This document shows positions 23,592 to 36,480 of a DNA stretch of 64,000 nucleotides, piece after piece. The notes below the pieces were generated by a model. It made no database searches. It was not told where the DNA came from and saw only the letters and a program-made list of their open reading frames with translations. The DNA is from Podarcis filfolensis (taxonomy: Eukaryota). Position numbers and translations under genes: made by a program. The DNA lies in the NCBI GenBank assembly GCA_964270895.1, contig OZ185441.1. One strand, given 5' to 3'. Numbering within the stretch: the first letter of the stretch is position 1; each line of letters begins with the position of its first letter.

Positions 23592-24609
23592 TATTTCCAC
23601 ACACTTTGTTGCATTTTAAGCTTGCGCAGAGGTAGGAAAGGCTGTGGGGGTGAGGGAAGCCCCAAAGGTTTTTTGGTTTTTTTAAGGGCTCAGGCTTGTT
23701 ACAGTAGGCTTAGACACAACATCAGTAAAAGCTTTAGTCATTTTCCCGGCATTATCTCCAGAGCCATGTGGACACTCCTGGCAGTCTGCCACTGGTCAAA
23801 CATATCCCTGTCAGCTCTTGTGTGCATGGTGTTATAGCCATCGCAATGTGATTATATCCAGAAGACTGGATTTCATCCCGTCATTTGTGCAATAATTTCA
23901 TGAATAAGTAATTGGCTTCAACTTTCTGTCCTCTACCTTTATTTTCATGTACTCTTTATGTCTGACTGAAGCTGGGAATAATCACTGAAGATGTATCTGA
24001 CGACTACTCTTTCAAACCAAGGATAATGATACTCTGCACATGCTCAATTTATTCCTGTGTCTTTTTTATTTGTATATATGTGAATCAGGTTAGCACAACA
24101 GAATCTTGCACAAATATTTGCAGTGAAACAGCTACAGGCACAGCTCAGCCGATGTTAAGCACTTGTGAATTCCATTGATTTCAGTAAATGAGTAAAAATG
24201 CCTTTTATTTACTCTTCTCCATTAAATTCAGCAGGACATTAAAGTGCTTAACCTTTGGCTGGATGGTACCTCTCTTTTTTTGTTTGTTTGCTTGAAGTGC
24301 TTGATCTCTCCCATAGTGCTTTACTAATACTTGGGAGAGTTTGCAGGCGCTTGCATGTTAATGAGTAACTTTAGCTAATGCACAGATACCCCCATAACAG
24401 AACACACTATCTTCTGTAGCCTCACTTTATCAGTGGTCCTGTAGATTGGGATTCTCAAGTAAACAAAATGATTAACACAAGAACTGATGTAGAAACCAAT
24501 CTTCCTATAAGGTCATGTTCACTAGTGATCATAACTGTGACTTTTCAAATTGCTTTCTTTAAAGTGGTGGTTCGTTTGGAAACAGTATTTATTTTTATCT
24601 CTCCGTTAG

Positions 24610-24763
24610 ATTTTGCCACTCCTGTATTGCAGCAAGTATAAGGAATAACACATGGACATGTCCCTACTGCCGGGCGTTTCTTCCTTCTGAAGGGATTCCA
24701 GCAACTGATATTACCAAGATGATGAAAAATAGACACCAAAATTGTACAGAATGTGGAACACAG
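24610..24763 (+). CDS. RNF125: RNF125 exon 2 (154 nt)
   Basis: [51 protein letters not shown] completes the RING; AG at 24608-24609, GT at 24764. Confidence 0.96.
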
Positions 24764-25220
24764 GTAAATAAATATTGGCATTCCATAATTTTCTGCCTCA
24801 TGGATTTAAGCATTCTGAAATGCATGGGGATTTGAAGTTAGCAACCCTAAGCACATTTACTTGGGAGCAACGCCTATAGAATTCTCAATGTACATTATCC
24901 CCAATTTAACAAATCCTGATCTTACATTTGCATCCTTTACCTTTAGGAAAACTATGGTAACCATCACTTTCCCTTTTAACAATTTAACCTGTAAATGTTG
25001 AATTTTAACATATTGAATCACTTCATGTAGTTTAGAATGAAGAAATACAAGGCACTTCCGCTTGGAGAGTTTGGGCAACCCAACTACAATTCTAAGCATA
25101 TTTTGTTGGAATTAAATGTGACCTACTTCTGTCTACTAAACAAGCTTTAGGGCTAGTCTGCTAGTGAATAGCATTTTGTACAGCAAAATACTGACACAAT
25201 GTTTCTTAAAATGAATCTAG

Positions 25221-25315
25221 GTGCTCCTCAGTGAAATGCGAGCTCATCTGAGAACTTGTGACCAATATATAGAGAAATATGGGCCCCTACAGGAAGTTGC
25301 ATACCCAGACACAAG
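25221..25315 (+). CDS. RNF125: RNF125 exon 3 (95 nt)
   Basis: [31 protein letters not shown](R) completes the C2HC finger; AG/GT boundaries in frame. Confidence 0.96.
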
Positions 25316-25569
25316 GTAAAGTGCATCTTGATAAAATAATGGTGGGAGAAATCTACTCTCAGCTTAGTTTTTATATTTATTCATTCACAATCTTAGACTT
25401 CCCTTACCCTAGTGACGTAGGGTGAATGATGATACAGTTTAAAATCAAATTATACCTCACCATTTAAAATAAACCAAACATAGATCATTTAGCACATACT
25501 AATCTAAATCTTAACTACTGATGCCAGGTCAACAAAAAGGCTTAGTGGAACTTCTGTAAGATTCTCATA

Positions 25570-25810
25570 CAGTGGTACCTCGGGTTAAGTACTTAATTTG
25601 TTCCGGAGGTCCGTTCTTAACCTGAAACTGTTCTTAACCTGAAGCACCACTTTAGCTAATGGGGTCTCCTGCTGCTGCTGCGCCGCCGGAGCCCAATTTC
25701 TGTTCTTATCCTGAAGCAAAATTCTTAACTGAAGCACTGTTTCTGGATTAGTGGAGTCTATAACCTGAAGCATATGTGACCTGAAGCGTATGTAACCCAA
25801 GGTACCACTG
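25570..25810. mobile_element. Tigger-like MITE, subfamily 1
   Basis: TA-CAGTGGTACCTCGGGTTA ... AACCCAAGGTACCACTG-TA. Confidence 0.9.
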
Positions 25811-26368
25811 TACTTTGAACTTAGGCAAAGGCAAGGGAATTCTGCTGCTGCAGAAAATAGGTAATGCTATACATGTATTCACACTTTTAAGGTCAAACAA
25901 GCACCTTGAATTCTGCTTCGAATACTTATAGCGCTTCAGTGCATGGGCAGGACTACTATTGTAATGTAATTCTGTTGACCAATTCCAATGTTCAGCAACC
26001 TTTGAAGAAACTGTTGGCATCCTTGATTGTGCTGTGGGATGTGTGTGTAAATTTTGGAGAAACAATTAAACCATTTCTGTTGTATGTGTTAAACAGGGAA
26101 GGCACTGTGCAAAGCATAGTGTTCTCTGTTCACAATATTTAACCATATCTTTATGCCTAAAGTCTTTACTCGCATCATGTCCCCATGCCATCTCCAGTAG
26201 AGACAGACTTGATGCAGAATCCCATTTAGCAGGAGCAAAGTGGCTCACCATCCAGTTCAGTTGCCAGCTCTAGAATATACTGTATTGGCTTTTAATATGT
26301 AACTACTACACCATCTGTAAAATGTAAAAATGCAGCTAATATATAAATAGTACCTTATGTGATTTCAG

Positions 26369-26459
26369 ATATCCGTGCCCTTTCTGCCAGTATTCATTGG
26401 ATGAAGAAGATTTTCTGGACCATTTTCTCACTTTCCACAGATCTGACAGGAGAGCCGTG
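26369..26459 (+). CDS. RNF125: RNF125 exon 4 (91 nt)
   Basis: YPCPFCQYSLDEEDFLDHFLTFHRSDRRAV, C2H2-type finger; AG at 26367-26368, GT at 26460. Confidence 0.94.
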
Positions 26460-26571
26460 GTAAACACCTTATTTTTTAGGTTCAAACCACATTGTTGTTT
26501 AAATCAATTGACTGTTTGAAATATTAGGTAGCGGCATAAACTAGAATATGCATATTTATGGTCAGCTAATA

Positions 26572-26614
26572 GGTGATAGATAGATAGACAGAAAGACAGA
26601 CAGATAGATAGATA
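26572..26614. repeat. (GATA/GACA)n microsatellite
   Basis: Direct read. Confidence 0.9.
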
Positions 26615-26719
26615 GTTGCTTCAAGGCATTCTATGTAGTAAGTGACAAATAAATATGATGATAAATGAAAATATATGACTTTGCTGCTATTACATCCAGA
26701 TGATGTTTCCAGTATTCCA

Positions 26720-27160
26720 TGTCACCAAGTTTTATGGGATCAGTTTCAGTTGACGCCATCTTCATTGATTAAAGCTAGCCAGAGAGGTTTGACTACGTGA
26801 CTATGTTGGTACAGACAGTAGTGAATGTCTCATTACAAGGAGGAATGGTGCCTCTGGCTTTAAAAGAAGCTCTGATACAATCTCTCCTAAAGAAGACAAC
26901 TTTGGATAATTATTGACCAGTTGCTAATACTCTCTTGGGTAAGGTGATCAAGAGAGTAGTGTCAGTTCAACTATAGGCATTATTGGAAGATATCAGTTTT
27001 CTTGACCCATTTCAGTCTGGCCTCAGGATTGGTTTCAATAATAAATCACCCTTAGTTGCCCTGATGGATTAACTGGGAGAGGGAGAGGGAGAGTGTGACC
27101 CTGCTGCTGTTACTCAACCTTTTAGCATCAGTCAGTTCCATGATCTCCTGGGCCAGCTCT
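26720..27160 (+). mobile_element. Decayed L2-clade LINE RT fragment in RNF125 intron 4
   Basis: Frame reads LKEALIQSLLKKTTLDNY*PVAN..LGKVIKRVV..QL*ALLE...LDPFQSG (DPFQSG at 27004-27021), typical of L2/CR1-group RT N-terminal motifs; in-frame stops. Confidence 0.8.
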
Positions 27161-27487
27161 GTCAGATAGCATAAAAAGAGCATACAAGAGAAAAAAAAGC
27201 ACTCCATAGCTAGGAACGTGTACTTCATTTATGCAAAAAAAAAAAAAACCCCAAAAGCAAACAACAACATCTAAGCATGAGAGACTGGTTTACAAGGCAT
27301 TTTGTTAGTTGTATACAAAACAGAACAATGAATTATCTGAATTTACTGGTAACAAACATCAGTTAATATATTTTTAGTCACTCAGATATGGAGATTTTGC
27401 TTTCTTTAGCAATAATAATTTCTTCTGCTACCGTGAAAACACTTTCTTTTTTAGTGCATTTATTTTTCCCCCTTGAACTATTTACAG

Positions 27488-27595
27488 TACTGTCCGATTT
27501 GTCGCTTATCGCCTGGTGGTGGTTCAAGTTACTGCAGCAGGAATTTCTTAAGGCACCTTCAGCTCAGACATACGTTCTATTATGAAGACTATATA
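27488..27595 (+). CDS. RNF125: RNF125 exon 5 (108 nt)
   Basis: YCPICRLSPGGGSSYCSRNFLRHLQLRHTFYYEDYI, Di19-type finger; tttacAG acceptor, GTGAGT donor. Confidence 0.94.
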
Positions 27596-28792
27596 GTGAG
27601 TAAATTGCCTGGTTGTTTTTCCTAACCCCCTGCTAAGAGTCATTTATTTACAACTTCCACCTCTCCCATATCTCCTTGATAAGTCATATGAGGACATATG
27701 TAGATTGCAAGAAAGTCATGGTTGGGGAATTAGAAAGGTTACAAGCCTTAAGAAACTTCAGTGGAGAAATAATCAAATAGCTCAAAGGTGCTACACTCAT
27801 GCAGAGATGCCTAACTTCCTTAATACCAGTCCAACAATTAGTGAAGGAGTTGTTCCGATCTCTCTTTCTGATCTAATCCTTCCCCACCCCAGTTTGAGTA
27901 TGCTTTTGAAATAACTGCTACAGGTTTCCCAGAAAATTAGGGGACAAAGTTTGGGTGTGGGGGGAGCAAGTGAGAGGCATTGGTCTTAATAGTTTAGGGC
28001 AAACATTAAAGCCAGAGGTCTCCAGTAAGTAGTATATGAGAGGGGGAATCCAAAATATAAATAAATGGCATTAAATACAATGAAACATAAAATGGTGCAT
28101 AGTACAAAAATTAAGCAACCATGCTAACTTAGACAAATCATTCTGTTTTTCTTGTTTGCCTATTTCTGCAAGAAAGGAAATCATCTTGTGTAATAAGAAT
28201 ATTACAGTTGTACTCATAGAGTGTAATTGCATGGGATAATAATTCACTTAGCCCAACCCTGATTTTCTTGTACTGTAATTCACTAGAAAACCTCTTCTCT
28301 TAGATCATTGGTGGTATCACATAAACACTAGAAACAAACATCTCAGACTGCCTTGCTGTTATGTTAGCAGAATTTGTCCTGATGGTGCAAATTTCTCAAA
28401 GGGTAGAAAGCTGGAAGTGGGCTGATACAGTCACCCTTATGCCTGATGTCTAGTCACTCTTGAAAAACTAGCACTTAAGGGCAGTAGAAGTAAACATCTC
28501 ACTGACATTCTGCAGCTCTTTGCAAATATTTATTGGTAAGCAGAAATTGTATCCAAATATCGTTTCACTTTCCTTGGAAATGTTAGTGCAGGAAAATCTA
28601 AATTTGGGTGGTAGATAAGGAAGGCTCAAGAGGAGATATCGATAAGATTGGTGCTTATGGTCTCATTGGTGTTGGTCTAAATAACGGTTCAACTACGGTT
28701 GCAGCCTAATAGGACTACTTTTATTGCTAAGCAGGATTTTGTTTTGTTTTTGCTTTACTTGCATGTCTGACTATCTTCCCTTCTTATTTCAG

Positions 28793-28885
28793 GATATAAG
28801 TATAGTGGAAGAAGCTCTCGTTGAAAGAGTTCTAGATCGGTCATTAATAGAGTATATGCATGTGCCTAATCCAAATACGGCGTAA
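28793..28885 (+). CDS. RNF125: RNF125 exon 6, UIM and stop (93 nt)
   Basis: DISIVEEALVERVLDRSLIEYMHVPNPNTA* (ubiquitin-interacting motif EEALxxRVLDRSL); TAA at 28883-28885; total CDS 690 nt. Confidence 0.95.
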   Translation, partial: DISIVEEALVERVLDRSLIEYMHVPNPNTA

Positions 28886-29337
28886 TCCTATCGAAGTTTG
28901 GAAGACATACCAAATGGATTCATTACACTGTGAATTAAAATGTTGCTTGTAAAGTATTGTTGTCAACTTCTTTAGGATTATAGTTCAGCCTCCCTAATAA
29001 CAAATTATTTTTAGCATTGTCAAAATTCATTATGTTGTTATATTGTATAGGCATGACAATCTTGAATGGTTATGACCTTCTGAGAAGGTAATCTTGTTGA
29101 GTTGTGACCTACTGAGCTGAGCACACCCAAGGATTCTTCCTGCAATGTGCACTGATTAGAAGCAGTTAGGGCCATCTTTCTGGATGGGCTGCCACTGCTT
29201 ATGAGTATTTTTCCTCTTCTCAGGATGTCACTACATCAAGGATTCTCAGGAGTGCACAGCCATGTGAGAGCTGCACCTGATTTCTAACTGCATTCACTTA
29301 TTTAGTTTCTGGGAAACATTTATGCTAAAAACTTGAG

Positions 29338-29471
29338 CAGGGATAGGAAACCTTTGACCCTCTATATGTTGCTGAACACTTCCATCATTCCTAGCCATTG
29401 GCCATGTTTACTGGGGCTGATAGGAGTTGTAATTCTGCAATATCTGGAGGGCCAACGGTTCCCCCCACTTG
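29338..29471. mobile_element. hAT-type palindromic MITE
   Basis: CAGGGATAGGAAACC ... GGTTCCCCCCACTTG with internal inverted arms; same family as 11921 and 13151. Confidence 0.6.
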
Positions 29472-32400
29472 TCTTAGGTGGCATCTAATAAAGGCTGAAA
29501 AGTGAATAGGGCCTAAATGAGGATCAATTAAGCACATGAATTTGGTGTGGTCTCAATGCAATATAAAGACGAGCAAAATAATTAATGCAGCATAAAACAC
29601 ACCTCAAGGTCTGTTTCTACAGCATCCACTGGTGTTTTAGGCAGCAATGTAACAATACTTACCTGGGAGTAAGTCCCATTGGACTCAGCAGGACTTGTTT
29701 GAGTAGTCAAACATATTTTTTTGCTATTAGTGAGTTATGATACAAAGTAGCATTTTACAGATAACCTCCACTTGATTTATATAACCTAATCCACTACCAA
29801 ATTATCAAAACATTAAAGGCTGAGAAAATTTATCTTCCAAATTAGCCATCAAAAAGATTTATTTTCAATGTACCTTCAAATTTGTCATCAAAATTAGAAA
29901 TGGATTTTGCCTTGCCTAATTATATTGTTTAAAGAGCTACATTACATTGAGAAAAATAATACTGTCACTCTTTTGAATATTAAAAATTATTTTTTACTGT
30001 CTGTTTCTTTTGCAGCAAAGCTTACTAAGAAGCCTCTTGTCTGAAGGGTTTTTTTTTTTGGGTAAAAAAAAAATATGACCAAAGCTCAGAGCATCTTGTG
30101 ACTATGCTTTCAAAGGGCAGGCCAGAGTTTTCATGATCATTTAGATGTTGCAATGCCAATGAGGGAGAGCAAACAACTGTTTACTTTCTGAAGTGTCATA
30201 ATACAGATCAGAGTTCAAAAAGAGAAGCTACAGTTAATGTTTGACAAATAGTACTATATCATTTTACAGTTCTGAGGACTTCAGGAGAATTATTAATAAC
30301 AGCATATTTTACACTGATAGAGCAGCTTGAAGATAAGGTGCAAAGTTTTAGTGAGGGAAAGTAGTAAAGCCAAAATCAGCAGCTCCTAATAAGAGATTGG
30401 TTGTGCCTTCCTGTTTTGTTCCATGCTGTGTTCAATTGTTGTAGCAGACTAATATGACATACATATATATTGGTTAAATAATGCCAAAGTGTTTTTCATT
30501 GATGCAGTTAACTGTAAATATATTTTGTAAGAATTAAAGTGCACATTTGTACATAAATACCTGAAATGGTGTAAATACTTTATGAGAAATCTGTTCTTAT
30601 ATATAGATATATTAAATGCTTTGATGGATTCACTCACTCATGAAGGCATCAAAATGGTTAGGATCTTGCACAGAACTAGGAAGACTGGACATTTGGTATA
30701 TAATGTTGCACACCACCCTAATCTTCAAGCACTGCAAGATTCCAGGGGTGGCAGGTGGTTTCCCAGGGTTTGGATTCCTTGGAATGATTATGGATTGCTT
30801 ACACCCATATACAGCCCTGAGCCTACAGCATCCCAGAAGGTCTTGCTTCTCCCATGGCCACAGCCTTGAACTCAAGCAGAAATCAAGCATGGTTTTCCTT
30901 CTCAGGCCAGAAACCTGCCTCTAGCTTCTAGCGCTCTCACACACAACTCTGCCTCTGTCCTTCTCACCAACAGCTGGAGAGGCACAAAGCCTTCTGGCAC
31001 AAAGCCACTCAACTTTTTTACCCTAAGGGGGGCATTAACTCACCAAGAAGCTGGCCTGACTATTCAAACAATTGAATTCTTGCTGGATCTAGGAATTAGA
31101 AGGGACTTTGGCATACAGCCTAACCTCCACCCCACCAAATTATGAGACACTATTGTCTGAGGTGCTCCTTAAATGTTACCTAACCATGCCAATTTTCATT
31201 ACTTAACCATACAGATGGGCTGGAATTGCATGGGTGCTAACCTCAGACTCCATATTCTGGGGGAATGCTGATTCTATGGGTTAGGGTTCCCAGGTGCACT
31301 GCATGTGCTCACGGAAAAGCAGTTCCCTCACAGCTAGGGTAACATTTTTTAAAGAGACTTAACAAAATTGAACAGAGTTGCAGATTCAAAGCATCCCCCG
31401 CCCCCCCCGCAAATAGTGGAGACACTTCTAGGGTCCATAGAAGACCCTAGAACATAAACTGTAGTCCACCACACTCTGATTACCAGAAAAGTCTTAATTG
31501 GGGACAAGATGACAATGCCCCAGGTGGTCAAGGTACTTTCAGGTCATTCAGAATACCAAATGTATTACACACATAGTAGAAAGTTCTGAAAAGCTAGACA
31601 TTTTCCTAGCCTTCAATCATATATGAAACTTATCTTATTTTAACCAACATTGCGGCCCAAAGCAAGCCAATCCAAACATCGAATGAAATGCAGAGTCTCA
31701 TCAGGTTTGGATTTGTGGAAAAGGGAAACAAAGTAGCATCCATGAATGTAGGTCTTTTAGCTTCATTTGTGGATACGTAGATAGCCATTTTTAAGGGCTG
31801 ATGACCATTATTCAGATCCTAGCTACTGTGTCAAAAGATTATTGTGAAAAAGCAGTAGATTGGTGATGCAGGGGTGGGCCACATAAGTAACTTAACAGTT
31901 ATCATCCCTCACAATAAATGAGAATTATTTGGAAGCCTTGTTAACCAATGGTATTCACTATGCAACTTACAATTTATAGGGTCAAATCATTCTGATTCAT
32001 GGGTTGCATTGAGTAAAATTACTGCAAATTTAATACTGAATGTATTACTGAAGTAAAAGTCATACTATATGAACAGTAGTGCAATGTATGAGCTTTGGGA
32101 GAAAGTGTTGCTGACCCAGCAACACCAGTGACCATTATACTGGGTCCCAGGGCAAGCAGAACCCAGCTGCTCAATCATGTGGGTCACTCGCCAATTCTGT
32201 AGCTCAAGATCAAGGCATTAAGCTGAGGGAAGTATAGAAATATATTCTATTTAAATCAGTGGGAATTTGTTCAAGACAAGTATGTCCAGGTCGAGTATAA
32301 AATGTGTTTCTATTTCTTCCTGCATTGAATTAAAGAAGTTTCAGCAGCGGAAGGTAACTTGAAAGACAGAGACATACAAATAAATATTTATTGTAGAGAT

Positions 32401-33949
32401 AATGGGTCATTTCAGAATAAGCAGTACATGTAAATTATGTGAAGATTTGAAAATCATATTAAAATATATAAAAATTGTCACTAAATGAGTGATTTAGAAT
32501 GTTTTACTTACAATAATTTTTGTTCATAAAAATTTGCTGCCTGTGTTTCAACACAGCACTTATTGCAAAAGATAAAAACTTTTAAAAATTCAGTAGCACC
32601 ATATTATCAAAATCAACTATGAGAATCCAATATGTACTCTTAAACTAGTCATGATATACTTTTTATATGTCTGTTTTAAAATGAGGGGCATATATCTAAC
32701 TGTGGGACATCCACTATGTGTGTGTGTGTGCATAAGAGTGAAGCCTTAATCCTGCCTTTTCCGAATTTAACAAGTCTTTAACATCCTTCCGTTTTGTCAC
32801 ACACACTGCCCTATTTACAGTCTTCTGCTCCTGGCTGGAGCTTCAAGATCCTTTCACACCCGATCTAAGACTGGCTGTACGTGAGTGAAAGGAGCAATGT
32901 GTAATCCTGGCCCCAGGACTTATTGTCTTGGGCATGCCTTTCTTTCCTGTGCACTGACGGGATAACACCCTAAGACTTGTTTCAGCTGACATGCTTTGAT
33001 CAGCAATCTCTCCATTCCCTGATGGGTCCATCTCCCCCACAAGGCCGGCTGTTAGCAAGCTGACATGTATCATGCAAGCAGCCATTAGAGGGCAGTCGCA
33101 ATTCAGGAAGCAGAAGGGCGGTGAGAGCTGCTGCAGCTGCTGGGGAACCGTGCGGCTAACTTCTCAGAAGACCGTGTCTCTTCCGCTCTCCTAAGCAAGA
33201 ACCCTATTTTGACACCCATGCAGAGACTGGCCGCCGAAGCACAAATTTCTGAGGTAACAGTGGGAGAAAGCAACATGTTAGAAAGGAGAGAAGGAGCATA
33301 GTCCACCTAAATGGGGCCTCCCAAGGTTTTTTTCCGCCCTTCCGGACAAGGCCTCATCATGGCACCTATGTTACAAGGCGGGCCTACTGTGGTCTCAGGG
33401 CTGATAATAACCCGATATCGGGTGTCCTTTGAAACTCTATATGCCCTTTGTCCACGTGTCTGTTAAAACGGCTCAATGCGATTTACACCGAAGGAAGAAA
33501 AAGAGCATACAAACACAATTATGCTTGAGACACAATGGCCCAGCTCCTTGCCTACCCTACACAGAAAGCAAATTCAATCGCTATCCGCCAGCCTAAGAGA
33601 ACTGTTTGCAGAAAGAAGGGTAAAAGATGTGCAGGCATTTAATGAATTAAACGTTTCCGTCTGCGTTCAGAACACAGTCCGGAATCCTGTTTTCCCCTGA
33701 TATTTTTCCTCTCTCCAAACCGAGAGGACTAGAGACTTCACAGTGCAATTCGTTCTCTCTGTTTTTAAACTAGGCAGCAATCTGTGTTCAGTGGGGTTTA
33801 TTATGGTCAGTTAAGCGAGCAGGGTGCGTATATGCCATTCCACAAGGGAGTTTCGGAACCGAAGGGGGTTGTGCTGTGCATATATCCATTCCCCACAACC
33901 CGTCTTAAAACTCTTGCTTTGACGGGAGCTCTTTTGAGACCCCAGTTCT

Positions 33950-34620
33950 TGCACCTTCACGCGACAGGAAGGCAATGGTGAAATATTAGGTCTTGGCGAG
34001 CCCCTCACAAACGTGCCACTTTAAGCCTTTCGCGAGGAGGCCTGCCAGCGCGTAAAAGAAACTCGCGGTCGAAAAAGCGGCTTCCGCGTCGCCTCCGGGC
34101 AGCCAGGCAGGCGGAGGGAAGAGGAGGAGGAGGAGGCGGCGGCGACGACTCTTGTTCAATAACAATTCACGCCGGAGGGGAGGGGGGGACTATTGCCATG
34201 GCAACCCCGGCCTGCCTGTTGGGAAGAGGCCGCCGCGGCGGCGGCCTAAGACCTACATGGAGAGCGGCGGCGGTTTGACCGGCTTGGCCTCCGGGAGCCC
34301 TGAAGATCCCGGCCCGGCCCCGAAGCTTGCGACCGACCTTCCCGTTCTCCCGAAAGGTAGTGGCTGGGGCTCTAGGCCGCACCTCGAGGCGAAGGGCGGG
34401 CGTGGTTTTATTTTTGCGAGGTGGGGGCCGGGATTCGGCTTGTCGGGGACATAAACGCCGAGAAGCCGGCGCGGGGCTGAGGCTTTTAGAGTCGCCTCGC
34501 TGTGCTCTTCTTCCTCCTCGGGGCCCTTAAGGCCTCGCCTCTCGCGCCGTCCGTATCGCGACGGTGGGATTTCCTTTAATTGTACGTAATATAAATATGA
34601 AAACACATTATTTGCATGCC
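33950..34620 (+). promoter_or_regulatory. CpG-island promoter and putative first exon of RNF138
   Basis: Dense CpG about 1 kb upstream of the first conserved coding exon; TTTCGCGAGG (34028-34037, E2F/BANP-like) and an ETS-like CTTCCGC; candidate donor AAG|GTAGTG at 34356/34357. Confidence 0.75.
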
Positions 34621-35552
34621 GACTTGGTTAAAGTTTCCGAAGTGGTAACAAAAACCAGCACCGGTACGTTGCTTTCAGTGCATTAAGAAAACCACAAAAT
34701 AATGGCCTACAATTTATATTTTGCGTGAGGCTCGCCGTGAATAAATACCCTTTTACTCCAAAGTAAGCCCTCCTGCGTTACATGGGGCAAGTAAGACTTG
34801 TGTTGGGTCGCAGCCTAAAATGCCAAAGGGCAGGTGAATTAGGCCGCCAATAGATATGTATTTTTTTTTTTATTCATGGCAAGAGGGGCCATCTTGCAGG
34901 AGGGTATAGCAGAGTTATGGGGCCATGTGAAAAAAGGCATTTGATGGAAAATAACCTGAACAGAATGGAGGATACAGAAGGAAACGCTCCTATAATCAAA
35001 CCTCAGACAAACCTTGACCATCTGCCATTATGGCTGGAACGGGTGGGAGTTTGAGGCCAACAAAACCAGGAGGGCCACAAGTTCTCCATTCCATTTTTAG
35101 GGCATTTTACTACACCAATAGCAGTAGGGGCAAAACAACACTAGGTACTGGTAGGTAGCTCCCATGCGGTACTGCAGAAAATAAATGTACCTTTTCCACC
35201 ACCAGAAGTCCATTCATTCTTCACTTCAGGCCTTTGAATCATCCTTATCCATAGTGTAGGCAGCTATAGTTTTGCGCATAGTGAAACCAAGCTGAGACGT
35301 GTGTCTCCCCAAAGTTTTAGTCACACTTGCCAAGTCATATATGTCAAGGGGTCACAGCACTCATTCTTCTGTGCTCTTAAGGGGCAAGCTTTCATGGCCT
35401 TCTCAAATACTGTACTCAAGGAAGTGAATAATTAAGTGAAGACAAAAGACAGGATAAACACTGTCTTATGCTCTTGTTCCCAGTACTTAGGGTGATAATT
35501 GTTCTCTATATGTTGTTCCATTGCTCTTTCAGAAGTACAACAGTTTGCTGCC

Positions 35553-35659
35553 ATGAATGAGGAACCTGCCACTATTTGTTTCAATGAAGATGATTATTAC
35601 TGTCCTGTTTGCCAAGATGTGTTTAAAACACCTGTGAGGATTTCTGCTTGTCAGCATGT
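35553..35659 (+). CDS. RNF138: RNF138 first conserved coding exon (107 nt CDS), RING-UIM E3 ligase NARF
   Basis: MNEEPATICFNEDDYYCPVCQDVFKTPVRISACQH(V) vs recalled human ..EDDFYCPVCQEVLKTPVRTTACQHV; acceptor ctctttcAG ends at 35532; donor GTATGT at 35660. Confidence 0.95.
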
Positions 35660-36239
35660 GTATGTATCTATGTCTCTGGCCCATTTTTATTTGCCCCTCC
35701 ATTGTTAATTATATATTTTCTCCCTTCCCTCATACTCTTCCTATCTAACTGATCTCAGTAAACATTTGTATTTTTAAGGAGGATGTTCTCTTGTTAACCC
35801 CACTTTTGAGGAGGATGCAACTACTTTTACGTATGCTAAACAAGTGCCAATTCATAAATTTTTGTAAGTGCTTCTACTCTTGTATATGCTGCATAAGATA
35901 CTTTTTCTTGAAAAATCACCACAGAAGCCCTCCATGAAGTTTGTGCTTGCTTGTTAAAATACATCTACTGCGTCCTTTTGAGTTCTGTTTGTTCCCATGC
36001 ACAGCACAAATTCGAACATTTGCTAAGCTTTACTAAGCATCTTCAGTGTTGTAACCCAGATAATCTTAAAGCTACTCAGAATGGAAATAATTCCAGTTTT
36101 TGGATGTAGATAAGAATAGCCTTACTGCACAATATCTCATAAAAGCAAATTCCATAAGTTCATTACATGTTATGCGATAGTGTTTTTTTTTAAAGAATGT
36201 ATTGAATCTTCTGTCATTCAGTTTCATTGGATGACCTTG

Positions 36240-36480
36240 AGTTCTAATATTATGAGAGATGGAGAAAACTTCCTTTCACTTTTTCAACATAAGCATAATT
36301 TTATAAACCTACACAGTGATTCCTACCCATCCTCCCTCATTTGCCTTTTTCTTCACTATTAAAAGCCCCAAATGTGATGACTTTTCTCATCAGAAAAGTG
36401 CTCTAATCACTCTGGTAGTTCTCTGTATCTTACTGTTTCAGATCTGGCTCAAGTGCAGATCTATATAAAAGTGGTTTTTT
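36240..36480 (-). mobile_element. Decayed CR1 LINE fragment
   Basis: GCATAATTTTATAAACC...AAAAGCCCCAAATGT resembles the recalled reverse strand of the reptile CR1 ORF2 end. Confidence 0.5.

Noticed and set aside
31426-31452. 10-bp perfect stem TTCTAGGGTC/GACCCTAGAA with a 7-nt loop
   Set aside because: Isolated, with no supporting context; terminator-like hairpins have no meaning here in vertebrate intergenic DNA
33410-33423. Perfect 14-bp palindrome ACCCGATATCGGGT upstream of RNF138
   Set aside because: A 7-bp-arm palindrome is expected about four times by chance in 64 kb (64000/4^7)
34152-34606. Stand-alone ORFs in the RNF138 CpG island
   Set aside because: Low-complexity GC-driven frames. 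Only the spliced 34257-34356 segment is kept, as a hypothesis.
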